This document shows positions 30,535-41,655 of a DNA stretch of 64,000 nucleotides, in pieces (position 1 is the first letter of the stretch; each line of letters starts with the position of its first letter). The position numbers and the translations under genes were made by a program. Location of the stretch: contig CAXXJS010000019.1 of NCBI GenBank assembly GCA_963662665.2, positions 23,450 through 87,449 of the forward strand. Reading direction: 5' to 3'. The notes beneath the pieces were generated by a model. That model made no database searches. It had not been told where the DNA came from and was given only the letters and a program-made list of their open reading frames with translations. The DNA is from Candidatus Latescibacterota bacterium. GTDB lineage: Bacteria > Latescibacterota > UBA2968 > GCA-2709665.

Positions 30535-30927
30535 GTGTTCAAGTTGAATCGATGGCGTCCGCAACGCGAGTGCCGGGCCGGTCAGTCCTCACCTGGCGGC
30601 TCAGGGCGAGGCCAGCGATTTTTTCGTGTGGCTTCGATGCATGAAATTCCGCCCGGTACCGGCAAGCTGGTGATGATGATGGGCCGCGAAATCGGGCTCT
30701 TCAACGTTGGCGGCAGCATTGAGGCAATTGACAACATCTGTCCGCACAACCAGCGACCCATCGGAATAGATGGGATCATGGGCGGCACAGTGACGTGTTT
30801 CTGGCACAACCTGAGGTTCGATCTCGTATCCGGCGCTTGTCCTGAAGCGCCGCATTTCAGAGTCATAAAATACCCGGTGCGTATCCAGGAGGATGAGATT
30901 TTCGTTTCTCCCGACGCTGGGATCTGA
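30535..30927 (+). CDS. Rieske 2Fe-2S ferredoxin
   Basis: DNICPH ... VTCFWH..RFDL.SG. Confidence 0.8.
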   Translation: MFKLNRWRPQRECRAGQSSPGGSGRGQRFFRVASMHEIPPGTGKLVMMMGREIGLFNVGGSIEAIDNICPHNQRPIGIDGIMGGTVTCFWHNLRFDLVSGACPEAPHFRVIKYPVRIQEDEIFVSPDAGI

Positions 30928-31065
30928 GGGGTTGCCGGGTGCTTTGGAGTTGACTTGAATGTTGGAGTTCAATACATTGCCTGTTTCCGCCCGGCGTGGA
31001 ACGTTCTCCGCCCGCAGTCTATTTCCGGCCGTCAAAAGCATCAACCAATCTCGGAGACCCTGGAA

Positions 31066-32442
31066 ATGAGAAACACGAAACGCATTTGGATGGGCGTCCT
31101 GTTGTTTGCGGGCGCTTCGTTCTGGTTCACGCAGGGGCACTGCGAGGAGACGCAGCGCGTGGACCTGCCGATGATGGGGGAAGGAGATCTGGCATTTTTC
31201 ACAGATACTGCCGGATTCCAGGCGTCAGACGGATATACCCGCCAGGAATTATACATACTTCTGGACGCGAGTCAGTTGAAATTCAGACGAAAGAGAAAGC
31301 GGTATGAGGCTGAAATGGAATTGGCTGTCTCTCTGGCCGATTCGGGGGGGGGCATCGTCAGCGAAGAGACCTGGAAGCGAAAGGTCTGGGTGGAAAACGC
31401 CGATGACGTTGAAGGCGCGGGTCTGCCTTTTCGCGATATGATCGGCTTCGACTTGAAGCCGGGTCCCTATCGGATGAAACTCTCCGTTCGAGACCTCAAG
31501 CAGGATTATAAGGCTGTGGCGGAAGGGGTTTTGGAGGTCCGGAATTTCGAGAGGCAGGCCTTGAAATCCAGCGATCTCCTGTTCGCATCCGGGCTGTCCA
31601 GAGCGGAAAAGGAAAGCAGGTTTTCGAGATACGGCTGGCTGGTGACCCCTAACGTGACGCGGACCTATCCCGCCGGCGGAGATATCGAAGTCTATTTCGA
31701 GATCTATAACCTGTCACCCCCCGTGGAGGGAGCAGACAACACATTCATCCTGGGTTACAGCGTGCTGGATACAGCCGGTGCCACGCTGATGACTTTCGAC
31801 CACCAGCGGCTGCTGAAGCCAGGTACAAGTGCCGTAAAGACAGACGTCTTCGGTGCCGGGGACCTGCCGCCGGGCTCCTATTACCTTCAAGTGGAGGTAC
31901 TTGACCGGGGCAACCGGGCGGTCCACAGGGCGAGACGGATGGTTTCGCTGGCCCGAAAGCAGAAGGTTGTTGAGTTGACGCAGGAGGAACGGGACAATGT
32001 TCGCTATTACAAAGACATTCGATACGTCGCCGCGGGTTCCAGGTTCAAGGAATACAGGAAACTGAAGAATAGACAGGACCAGATGGCGTATTTGAAGACA
32101 TTCTGGAAGGATATGGATCCGACGCCGGCAACCGACGAGAACGAACGCCTGATCCAGCATATCCAGCGAATGCGGTTTGCCGACAACAACTACGCGGCCG
32201 GCCGGGGTAAGCGTGGATCGGATACGGACAAGGGTCGAATCTACGTCAAGTTCGGGGAGCCGAGCGACATTCAGTACAACTTGGCGGCTTCCAATGAGAA
32301 ACCCTTTGAAGTCTGGACTTACGAAAATCAGAGGGGTGTCCGGTTCATCTTCATGGATCGGCGCGGCGCGGGTGTGTTTGAACTGGTACACTCCACGCAT
32401 CCAGCCGAAACGTACAACCCGCATTGGCGGCTGATCGAGTAG
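31066..32442 (+). CDS. GWxTD-domain secreted protein
   Basis: Signal peptide; FWK..DPTP.T.ENE, G.DTDKGRIYVKFGEP, EVWTY. Confidence 0.82.
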   Translation: MRNTKRIWMGVLLFAGASFWFTQGHCEETQRVDLPMMGEGDLAFFTDTAGFQASDGYTRQELYILLDASQLKFRRKRKRYEAEMELAVSLADSGGGIVSEETWKRKVWVENADDVEGAGLPFRDMIGFDLKPGPYRMKLSVRDLKQDYKAVAEGVLEVRNFERQALKSSDLLFASGLSRAEKESRFSRYGWLVTPNVTRTYPAGGDIEVYFEIYNLSPPVEGADNTFILGYSVLDTAGATLMTFDHQRLLKPGTSAVKTDVFGAGDLPPGSYYLQVEVLDRGNRAVHRARRMVSLARKQKVVELTQEERDNVRYYKDIRYVAAGSRFKEYRKLKNRQDQMAYLKTFWKDMDPTPATDENERLIQHIQRMRFADNNYAAGRGKRGSDTDKGRIYVKFGEPSDIQYNLAASNEKPFEVWTYENQRGVRFIFMDRRGAGVFELVHSTHPAETYNPHWRLIE

Positions 32443-32538
32443 GGCTCGGACCCGGACCGGGAAGCCCGATGGCGGTACGGTTCCGGGTTTGCGGTAAAAT
32501 TTCGTGGTCGAGCGGTCACCCACCCTAAGGAAATCACT

Positions 32539-35500
32539 GTGGATCCGAGATTTCTCCTGGAAGATGGCGTTGGGATCTTTACCGGCAATGAGCTCATTGT
32601 CAAAGGCGGGCTGGAGCACCGCATGGGTATGCTGACCGGGTATCCCGGTTCTCCGGTCGCGGAAGTCTTCGATGCTGCGGAACGAATCCGGGAACTGCTG
32701 GTTGACAAGGGTGTGGTGGTGCAGATCGCCAACAACGAAGCGCTCAGCGCCGCGCGGTTGAACGGTACCCAGATGACGCCCGTCCGCGCGATGGCGGTAA
32801 TGAAGAGTGTGGGTGTACACGTTGCGTCCGACGGGCTTGCGCTGGGAAATATGGCGGGTACGGCGCCCGGCGGGGCGGCGGTGGCGGTTTTCGGCGACGA
32901 TACGTGGTCCGAAGGCACCCAGGTACCGGCCGATTCCCGGTTTATCGCCAGGCATCTTTTCATGCCCATCCTGGAGCCCAGTACGTTCCAGGAAATAAAA
33001 GACTGGATCGGAGTCGCGTTCGATCTTTCAGAAAAAACCCGCCTCTATGTTGCCTTTCTCATTACCTCCAACCAGGCGGATGGGGGCGGCACCGTTACGG
33101 TCGGGCCGAATCGTTTCCCGGACCTGACGGCGCAAACGCCCGTTACCATCGACACCAGCTCGATTCCCCTCGACGACCGGGTGATCATTCCGCCCAGCAC
33201 GGCCGTCAAAGAAGAGGATGTACTTCATCGACGGATGCCGGCGATGCTCGAATACGCCCGCGAATACAATCTCAACCGGATTCTGTATCCGCCTGTTTCG
33301 GGGAAGAAGCGTATCGGATTCATCAGTTCCAGCCTCGCCTACTGCTACCTGGAACACGTGATGAATATGGTGGGCCTGGAAGGCAGCATTCCCATTTTGA
33401 AATATGGTCTGACGCATCCCGTGGACCCTGAAATTCTAAAGGCCTTCGTATCTCTGGTCGACGATATATACGTGGTTGAAGAGAAGCGCGGGTTTCTGGA
33501 AGGGCAGGTCACGGGTGCTTTGCAGGGATTGCATCAGGATGGCGAGATCGGCCCGTTCCGCATCTGGGGGAAGCGCTTTCCAAAGGGTCAACCGGGTTTT
33601 CCGGACAGCAAGGGTATGAATCCATCCATACTGCTCCAGGCGTTGGCGCCCATACTGTTGGACCTGGACGACGCCACAGTGCCAATCGACCGGGAGCGGA
33701 TTGCGAGGGAGGTCGATCTCGTTAACGAAACGGCCGACTACCAGGTGCAGGCGGCCGTTCGCACCCCCTCCTTCTGCCCGGGCTGCCCGCATCGGGATTC
33801 GGCCAGTGTGTTGAATCGGGTCATCGACGATTTCGGCAGTACGGATTATATGCGGAAACACCATCAGAGAGACCCCGCCGACCTGGTGTTTCATGGAGAT
33901 ATCGGCTGTTATTCCCTGTTGAAATACAAGCCCTTTGACCGGCTCATGCACAATTTGTCCGGGATGGGGCTGGGCGGGGGGTACCGGCGCCGGTATCGAT
34001 CCGTATATCGACAACAAGCAGCTTGTCTTTATGGGAGACTCGACCTTCTTTCACAGCGGAATGGCGGCGATTTCCGATTCGATAAAACACGGCCAGGACA
34101 TTACCTACGTCATCCTGGACAACAAGACAACGGCAATGACAGGCCACCAGCCCACGCCGGGAGTAGACGTGGATATCCTGGGCAAGCCGACATTCGCCCA
34201 GGATATCGAACAAGTTGTACGCGGCATGGCCGGCACGGGGGACAGCGTGTATATTGCGCGTATGAATCCGGCGGAACGGACGTCCTACCGGCAGACACTG
34301 GAGAGCGCGCTATTGAAGGACGGCGTTAAGATCGTTATCGCCGACAAGGAGTGTGGAATCACGTTCCACCGCAGGCAGCGCTCATTGCAGAACGAGATTG
34401 TGCGCCATAAGGGATATCTTCCCGAGGAACGGCATATCAACGTCACGCCGGAGGTCTGCGAATATTGCCTCGAGTGCACGCGTGCAACCGGCTGCAGCGG
34501 ATTGACGGTCGAGGAGACGTTGCACGGGCCGAAGATCGCCACGGATCTCTCCCTGTGTGTGGCGGACGGAGCATGCACCAGGGTGACCGTTTCAAATGGC
34601 GATGGCACCTGCCCGTCGTTTGAGGAGGTCATTATAAAACGTACCAGGCCGGCGCAAAGAGAGACGGAAGCCGTCGACCTTTCGAATTTGCCTGCGCCGG
34701 AAGTGAAAGCATTCAACGCCACCTGGTACGCGTACATTGCCGGGGTGGGCGGCATGGGCATCAATACCATCGCCGCGATTCTCTCCGTAGCCGGCGCACG
34801 GCAGGGTTATACCGTTCGGTTTACCAATAAGAAGGGGCTGGCCATCCGAAACGGGGCAGTGTATTCACATGTGAGTTTTGCGAAGGGCGACCGCGTGATT
34901 TCTCAAATCACGCCGTATGGGCATGCCGATCTGCTACTCGGCCTGGATATCCTCGAGGCTGTGCGCGGGCTGGAATCCATGGGTAACGGGCGAGTGGCCA
35001 GCCCGGGACATACGACCGCGGTGGTGGAGACAGGCAAGCGGCACACGGTACTGACACTTACGGGCCAGGACGAATTTGACACGTCCGAACTGGAGGACGT
35101 GCTGAAGCGGCACACGAAGTCCGACGGGTATTTCGGGATGGCACTGGGGGAGGTTTCGGAGCGTTTCCTGGGCAACAAGATCTATGCCAACAGCATCCTT
35201 CTCGGTGTTGCCTTTCAGCGGGGCGTATTGCCGCTGGAACTGGAACACATAAAATGGTCGATGGAGCGTAACATCAAACGCAGCGATCTCGAGCCCAATC
35301 TGAAAGCGTTCGACCTCGGGCGTAAAATCGCCGTCGATCCGGAAGCCGTGGCACAGGAGAAACCAGCACTTTCCTGCGGGGAATTGATCGAAGACAAGGC
35401 TGGCATTCTCGAACGCGGAAAGGGCAGGAGCGCGCGCGCCGCTTTTCTTGAATTGGCGTCCACGGTGGAGCTATTGCCTCTGGATGAAGAGGACCGCCTG

Positions 35501-36145
35501 CAGTTTGCCCTTGGCGTATACGATCTGATGCAGTGGGACGGAGCGGACTACGCCAGGTCTTACGTACGACGGGTGCGGAAGGTGTTCAAGTGCGACCGGC
35601 CGGAGGAGGGGTACGAGGCAACCCGGGCGGTCATCAGGTACCTGCCTCGCGTAATGGCTTACAAAGATGAAGTGTACGTCGCGCATCTGCTGACGAGCGA
35701 AGAGAAATACCGGCGCGATTGCGAGCGATACAAAGTGTGCGCCGAGCGCGGAGACCGGATTGCGTACCGCCACTTCAACAGAGGTAATTTCAACATTCTG
35801 GGATTCAACGTCTACCTCAAACTGACAACCCGGGATTGGATGCTGAAGCTGATGAAACGCATGAAGTTTCTGCGCAAATTGCTGCCGTCGTGGCATAAGG
35901 AGGAGAAAGCTTACCGCGATTGGTACGTCGAGTTCGTCGATCGGTTCGAATTCGATCACGAGGAACGGTACGGGGAATATGTCCGCGTGTTCCGGGTGCC
36001 GGACGAGGTGCGCGGCTATCGCGAGGTGATCCGTCCCAAAATCGAGGCCGCGTATCAGGCGGCATCGGCGATGATGGACGGCAACGGACGTCCCCCGGTT
36101 ACCGAACCCTATCTTTCCATCGAGCCAGTCGCTGAACGGGTCTGA
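32539..36145 (+). pseudogene. fused indolepyruvate:ferredoxin oxidoreductase family protein, split by an extra base in a G6 run (33976-33981)
   Basis: TGYPGSP, NEA, FCPGCPH, GDIGC in ORF1; MGDSTFFHSG, LDN.TTAMTGHQ, Fe-S Cys, GVGGMG, AYKDE in ORF2; removing one G restores MGLGGGTGAGI. Confidence 0.85.
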
Positions 36146-36166
36146 AACGGAAGCCGGGACAGAGTT

Positions 36167-37216
36167 ATGTTGAACGTAGGGGTGGCTGGTTTGAGACGCG
36201 GGCGAAGCCTCGCAAATACGTTTCAGAACCATCGTGAAACGCGCCTGGCGGCAATCTGCGAACCGGATACCGAACGGCGGGAACAGGCGTCCGAAGCATT
36301 CGGCGTCGATCTGGCGTACGCCGATTTCGACGGATTTCTTGCGGCAGACCTGGATGTGATTGTCGTCGCGACTCCGGCGCCCCTGCATGCGAAACAATCC
36401 ATTCGTGCAATGGAGGCCGGAGCACATGTTCTGAGCGAGGTGCCTGCAGCATGGACTTTGGAGGAGTGTGACGCGCTGGCCGCGACCGTTCGCAGCACCG
36501 GGCGGATCTACATGATGGCGGAGAATATGAACTTCTACCATTATGTCCAGGACTGGAAGACAAGAATTCAGTCGGGTGCGATCGGACGTGTCTTCTACGC
36601 GGAAGCGGAGTATATACACGATTGCCGGAAACTGATGCGCGGCCAGGGAGGGCAACTGACCTGGCGGGCGTCGATGCCGCCCATCTACTATTGTACGCAT
36701 AGCCTGGGTCCGGTGTTGGATATCCTGGACGATCGTTGCGTATCCGCCGTGGGCATGTCAACCGGCACGCATACCGCACCTGAGATCGGGTCGATTGACA
36801 TGGAGGTGGGTTTGTTTCGGACGGAGAAGGGATGCGTTATCAAGATCCTTTGCGGATTTACCGTGACCCGGGAGCCTGCGATGCACTGGCAGGTCTTCTA
36901 CGGAACCGAGGGAACCCTGGAGAATCGACGGGCGCCGTGGGAAGAGGCTAAGATTTCCCTTGCGGGGGAGGGGCCGATGGCGACAATCCCGGCTGAAGAC
37001 TCGGACCCCAACGCGCCCGATGAGGCGCTGGCGGGCGGGCACGGTACCTCTGAATATTTCATGGTGGACCGGTTCGTGCGGGCCGTAACCGGTCGAGGGC
37101 CCGTACCGATAGACGTTTACCGGTCGCTTGACTTTTCAATACCGGGTCTGTGCGCGCATCTGTCCGCCGAGCGGGGAAGCGTGCCGGTTGACGTGCCGGA
37201 TTACTGGGTCCATTGA
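36167..37216 (+). CDS. Gfo/Idh/MocA oxidoreductase
   Basis: Rossmann start, ATP..LH, HVLSEVP, MMAEN, EAEYIHD, YCTHSLGP, GGHG. Confidence 0.88.
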   Translation: MLNVGVAGLRRGRSLANTFQNHRETRLAAICEPDTERREQASEAFGVDLAYADFDGFLAADLDVIVVATPAPLHAKQSIRAMEAGAHVLSEVPAAWTLEECDALAATVRSTGRIYMMAENMNFYHYVQDWKTRIQSGAIGRVFYAEAEYIHDCRKLMRGQGGQLTWRASMPPIYYCTHSLGPVLDILDDRCVSAVGMSTGTHTAPEIGSIDMEVGLFRTEKGCVIKILCGFTVTREPAMHWQVFYGTEGTLENRRAPWEEAKISLAGEGPMATIPAEDSDPNAPDEALAGGHGTSEYFMVDRFVRAVTGRGPVPIDVYRSLDFSIPGLCAHLSAERGSVPVDVPDYWVH

Positions 37217-37421
37217 GTCCTGCCTGATACAAGACGCCAGGCGACGGAACAGGCGGGCGAACGCACCGTATTTCGGGTCCTCGTTTGCATTCTTGAATCG
37301 GTCGACCCGATTGTGTATATTCGACGGGTAATCAGGGGGGAAATTCTGAGACGGGTCCGGTCGAAGCCACCGGGGGCCGACAGAATCGAACCCTGTTTTC
37401 CAATTTCAAGGAGGGCGTGTT

Positions 37422-38567
37422 TTGGCTGCTAAAGAGTGGACGACGTTCAATGCTTCGGGGAGTCTGCGCGTGGTGGGCACCAAGGAGCTTCCTGGCGACC
37501 GCTGGCTGAAGATTCTGGAACAGGCGGACTGTTGCGTTGAATACAGTACCTCCACCCGGATATTGCAGGTGAATGAAATCGAGGCGGCAATCGGCGACAG
37601 GTGCGACGCCGTGATCGGGCAGCTTACAGAAGATTGGGGCGAGCCCCTCTTTTCCGCACTGAAAGCGGCCGGCGGCAGGGCGTACAGCAACTATGCGGTT
37701 GGTTACAACAATGTGGACGTGGATGCGGCCACACGGAATGGAATTCCGGTAGGAAATACGCCCGGCGTATTGACGGAAACCACGGCGGAGATGGCGGTCG
37801 CCCTTACGTTTTCGGCCGCGCGCCGCGTGGTAGAGGCCGATGAATATATGCGCGGCGGCAGGTACGAGGGATGGTTGCCTACCCTGTTCCTCGGGCAGTT
37901 GCTGAACCGGAAGACCGTTGGCGTGATCGGCGCAGGACGGATCGGCGCGACGTACGCGCGAATGATGGTCGAAGGGTTCAAGATGAACTTTATATATTAC
38001 GATCCCTATCCCAACGAGTGGCTTGAGAACTACATTCGGAATTACGCGGCGTTTCTTGAGGGGCAGGGTGAAGAACCGGTAAGCGTTACCCGGGCGCACT
38101 CCGTGGCCGAGGTGTTGCGCGAGGCAGACGTGGTCAGCCTGCATCCGCTTCTCGATCCGTCGACCCACCACCTGATGAACGAGGAAACACTCAACCAGAT
38201 GAAGCCTGATGCGATTCTCGTGAATGCCAGCCGGGGTCCGGTCATCGACGAAACCGCGCTCGTGGCGCATTGCGGAAAAAATCCCGACTTCCGTGTAGGT
38301 CTCGATGTCTTCGAAGACGAGCCGGAAATGAAACCCGGATTGAATGACTTGAACAACGTGGTGATTGTTCCCCATATTGCATCGGCAACGAGCTGGACCC
38401 GCGAAGGCATGGCAACACTCGCCGCCAGCAACGTGGCCGGCATTCTGAGGGGCCTTCCCACGTGGGCGGACCAGAACGACATTCTCCCGTTTTTGGGCGA
38501 CGACGCGCCAAACGCGTGTCCGAGTATTGTGAATGCCGAGGAATTGGGACTGCCGGTCGCCGGGTAG
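37422..38567 (+). CDS. D-glycerate dehydrogenase / hydroxypyruvate reductase (plant HPR1-like)
   Basis: IGQLTEDWG, AVGYNNVDV, NTPGVLTETTAE, GAGRIG, SRGPVIDE, PHIASA..WTREGMATLAA. Confidence 0.9.
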   Translation: MAAKEWTTFNASGSLRVVGTKELPGDRWLKILEQADCCVEYSTSTRILQVNEIEAAIGDRCDAVIGQLTEDWGEPLFSALKAAGGRAYSNYAVGYNNVDVDAATRNGIPVGNTPGVLTETTAEMAVALTFSAARRVVEADEYMRGGRYEGWLPTLFLGQLLNRKTVGVIGAGRIGATYARMMVEGFKMNFIYYDPYPNEWLENYIRNYAAFLEGQGEEPVSVTRAHSVAEVLREADVVSLHPLLDPSTHHLMNEETLNQMKPDAILVNASRGPVIDETALVAHCGKNPDFRVGLDVFEDEPEMKPGLNDLNNVVIVPHIASATSWTREGMATLAASNVAGILRGLPTWADQNDILPFLGDDAPNACPSIVNAEELGLPVAG

Positions 38568-38669
38568 AAGAGCAAGTCCAAATGCGGAATATCAGGAATG
38601 CAGCGGCGGGGTTCTGCGCAAACCAGGCGTGAAATCCCGCCGCTTCGGTTTATTGAGGCACGCCGTCGG

Positions 38670-39527
38670 TCACGCCGTTATCTTTGCGATTGCAATTCCG
38701 GATTCACCTGCAACCGAGTAGAGGAGATAGCAGTCGGGCCCCTCGCGGAAGATCCCGGGATCACGAAGCTGGCGCACCCGCTCCGGGGACCAGCCGCGCT
38801 TCGAGGGTTGCAGAGGCAGGTCGGCGCCTTCGTAGACGGTTTCAGGTTCGAGGACGACCTCAGCCTTTGACGCCCGCCAGTTCATCCAGTCCGACGTCAG
38901 GTCGATTCTGGACACCAGAATGCGTTCGGGGCAGTCGTGCGCGTTGGAATAGAAGACCGAGAGTGTGCTGTCGTCCAGTTTCAGGGCGGTGTGTCGCTGG
39001 TCTTCGGAGAATAGCGAGGGACCTTCGCGGAAGTCCGTGAGGCCATCCCGCGATCGATAGAAGATGCCGGGCATTCCAAGCGCGTACGTCGCGCGCTGCC
39101 ACTGGAAGACCCGGAAATAGGAATTGCCGAGGTCTTCCGGGCGAGCGGTGAAGTGAATCCCGTCGGCAGACCGCGCAACCTTCGACTGTTGGCCGCGGCC
39201 CGGTACCGGACCGTGATAGTACATCCTGAATTCACGATTCCCGTCGTCCACGTGGACGTCCGGCGAGGCGAGATGGCCCGTCGTGTAGCCGTCGTTCAGG
39301 TGCAGTACACCGGGTTCGTACGTCTTCCACGGGCCGGTTAGGCGGTCTGAATAGGCGAGGCGGATATACTCGCCTCTATGGTGTGCAAAATAGAGGTAGT
39401 ATTTCCCGAGGGGATCCGGAAGCCAGTCGGGCGCCAGGACGAGCGACGGGCCGTTGACGTTGGCTCCCATCCGGGAGTCCATATGCGGGCGGATGATGGG
39501 GTTGTTCGGAAGGCGTTCAACGCGCAT
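38670..39527 (-). CDS. five-bladed beta-propeller hydrolase-like protein
   Basis: NGPS, YYLYFAHH.G.YIRLAY, ASPDV, QLRDP.IF. Confidence 0.65.
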   Translation of the reverse strand: MRVERLPNNPIIRPHMDSRMGANVNGPSLVLAPDWLPDPLGKYYLYFAHHRGEYIRLAYSDRLTGPWKTYEPGVLHLNDGYTTGHLASPDVHVDDGNREFRMYYHGPVPGRGQQSKVARSADGIHFTARPEDLGNSYFRVFQWQRATYALGMPGIFYRSRDGLTDFREGPSLFSEDQRHTALKLDDSTLSVFYSNAHDCPERILVSRIDLTSDWMNWRASKAEVVLEPETVYEGADLPLQPSKRGWSPERVRQLRDPGIFREGPDCYLLYSVAGESGIAIAKITA

Positions 39528-39655
39528 TGGCAATATCTCCCTGAGATCTGCGGCGAAAACCGACTGTCGCGGCTTACCGGACGGGCGGGGGTTCACCTGA
39601 ACCGGGGTCTGAAGGCATCGAGAACAGAATCAACAGACGCCTGTCGGTTGCGCCA

Positions 39656-40597
39656 ATGATGGATTGGACGGACAGGCACGAGCGATATTTCCTCAGGTTG
39701 TTTTCACGGAACATCCTGCTCTATACCGAGATGATTACCGTGGATGCCGTCCTTCGCGGTCGACGTGAGCAGCTTCTGAAACATCATCGTCGGGAGCATC
39801 CGGTCGCGCTTCAACTGGGAGGGTGCGACCCGGCGGCGCTGGCGCGCTGTGCGCGGATCGGCGAAGAATTCCAGTATGACGAGGTCAATCTGAACGTCGG
39901 ATGCCCGAGCGACCGCGTTCAGGCCGGCCGGTTCGGCGCGTGCCTCATGGCGGAGCCCGAACTGGTCGCCCGGTGCGTGGCGGCGATGCGCGAAGCAGTT
40001 GGTGTTCCGGTAACCGTCAAGACAAGGATTGGAATTGATGGCCGGGATACATACGCCGACCTCGTCAATTTCGTACGCACCGTTTCCGAAGGCGGATGCC
40101 GGACCTTTGTCATCCACGCCAGAAAGGCCTGGCTTCAGGGATTGAGTCCAAGGCAGAACCGCGAAATCCCGCCATTGCGATACAACGTCGTATATCGGAT
40201 GAAACAGGACTTCCCGGACCTCGAGGTTATTCTGAACGGAGGAATTACGACCCTGGAACAACTGCGCCGGCACCTCGATAACGTCGATGGCGTGATGATC
40301 GGGCGCGAGGCCTATCAGAATCCCTATTTTCTGGCTTCCATGGATCAGATGTTCTACGGCGATACCCGTCCGGTGCCCGGGCGTCGGGAGATTCTGGACC
40401 GTTTTTGCGATTACGTCGAAGATCAGTTGCAACAGGGGATGCCGCTGGCTGGCATGACGCGGCACATCCAGGGCCTTTTCCAGGGAGTGCCGGGGGCTCG
40501 AGCCTGGCGCCGCCATCTGAGCGAGAACGCGCACAGGCCTGGATCGGGCGTGGAAGTGATTCAGCAGGCCGCGGCGTTTGTTCGCGGGCCGTCATAG
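39656..40597 (+). CDS. dusA: tRNA-dihydrouridine(20/20a) synthase
   Basis: (SVAP)MMDWTDRH, NLNVGCPSDRVQ.G.FGACLM, HARKAWL.GLSP..NREIPPL; the true start probably lies slightly upstream. Confidence 0.93.
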   Translation: MMDWTDRHERYFLRLFSRNILLYTEMITVDAVLRGRREQLLKHHRREHPVALQLGGCDPAALARCARIGEEFQYDEVNLNVGCPSDRVQAGRFGACLMAEPELVARCVAAMREAVGVPVTVKTRIGIDGRDTYADLVNFVRTVSEGGCRTFVIHARKAWLQGLSPRQNREIPPLRYNVVYRMKQDFPDLEVILNGGITTLEQLRRHLDNVDGVMIGREAYQNPYFLASMDQMFYGDTRPVPGRREILDRFCDYVEDQLQQGMPLAGMTRHIQGLFQGVPGARAWRRHLSENAHRPGSGVEVIQQAAAFVRGPS

Positions 40598-40642
40598 GTC
40601 GCAGCGAACAGCAACGTGAACGAGGCCCCTTCCCCCGTGTTT

Positions 40643-41428
40643 TTACGTTCGCGCCGCCTGCCGGCAGGCGGAGACCAGGTCGGTGTGGGACGTCGTATAT
40701 CCGACGTTGACTTCCGTGTCGATTACGGCCGCACGCGACAGGTCCAGATTTTCGGATGTTTCCGCGACTTCAATGGCCGTGGTGCAGTCCCTTATAAGGA
40801 TGATGCCGTAGCCGCGGTCCTTCATGGCCCTCATACCGTAGTCCCTGAAGGGAACGCACATGTTGGCGGCGAAGCCGGCGTAGAACAGGTGCAGGATCCC
40901 TTTGTGTCTGAGGAGGCGGTGCAGTTGGGCGCCGGTAACGATTACGTCGTCGCCTTCGAGGGGTTCGGCTTCGGGAATGACGCGGCGGTTCCTGATTATG
41001 TCTTCGAAGATCCGATCGTGCGGGTCCTTCGGCTGTGCGAGCGCTTCATACTCGCCCGTTTTGGATCGGAATTCCGCGGGCGGCCAGTCGTCGGCAGGCG
41101 GCGACGAACGGCCGAAGACTTCCTCGTCGCCGGCGAAACGGGTCCACGACGCATAGCGTTTGGCGCAGTCGGGGCTGGGTGCGTGGATTACGGCCGCTCC
41201 GACGGATCGGAAGGCGTCCGCAACGGGAAGAATGCGTTCAAGAGTAATGTCTCTTCCCCGCTGCAGGTGGGTGGCCACGTAGTGGTCGCTCCATACGTCC
41301 ACCAGCACCAGCGCGATCCGGTTCACGGGGTATTCATGCCTCAGGACCTTGAGATGGAAGTCTTCCTCATTGACGTAGGCCGTCCTGGTGAGGTGGTAAT
41401 ACCGGACATCCAGTTGAATGGACTTCAT
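40643..41428 (-). CDS. isochorismatase-like cysteine hydrolase
   Basis: LVLVDVW, YAGFAANMCV, LIRDCT. Confidence 0.75.
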   Translation of the reverse strand: MKSIQLDVRYYHLTRTAYVNEEDFHLKVLRHEYPVNRIALVLVDVWSDHYVATHLQRGRDITLERILPVADAFRSVGAAVIHAPSPDCAKRYASWTRFAGDEEVFGRSSPPADDWPPAEFRSKTGEYEALAQPKDPHDRIFEDIIRNRRVIPEAEPLEGDDVIVTGAQLHRLLRHKGILHLFYAGFAANMCVPFRDYGMRAMKDRGYGIILIRDCTTAIEVAETSENLDLSRAAVIDTEVNVGYTTSHTDLVSACRQAART

Positions 41429-41655
41429 AGGTGTCCCTTTCGGTGCTTGGCGGGGATTGTTTTCCTGATGGTGCATGTGCAATATGGGAAAGATCGATTG
41501 CAGGTGTCAAGGGTAACCCGTGGCCGGGCGGTCGCCTGAATCGGGTTTCCGGCTCGGCGCAATAGCTGTCAGCGGGCTGCCCCGAATCAGGCCCACGTGG
41601 CTGTACCTCACCGGTCAGGGACGGGTAATCCAATACGCGAAAGGCGGTTACTGCG

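Noticed and set aside
41520-41655. Possible riboswitch or ribozyme in the divergent intergenic region
   Set aside because: A small GAAA-capped hairpin is present but no recognisable conserved core
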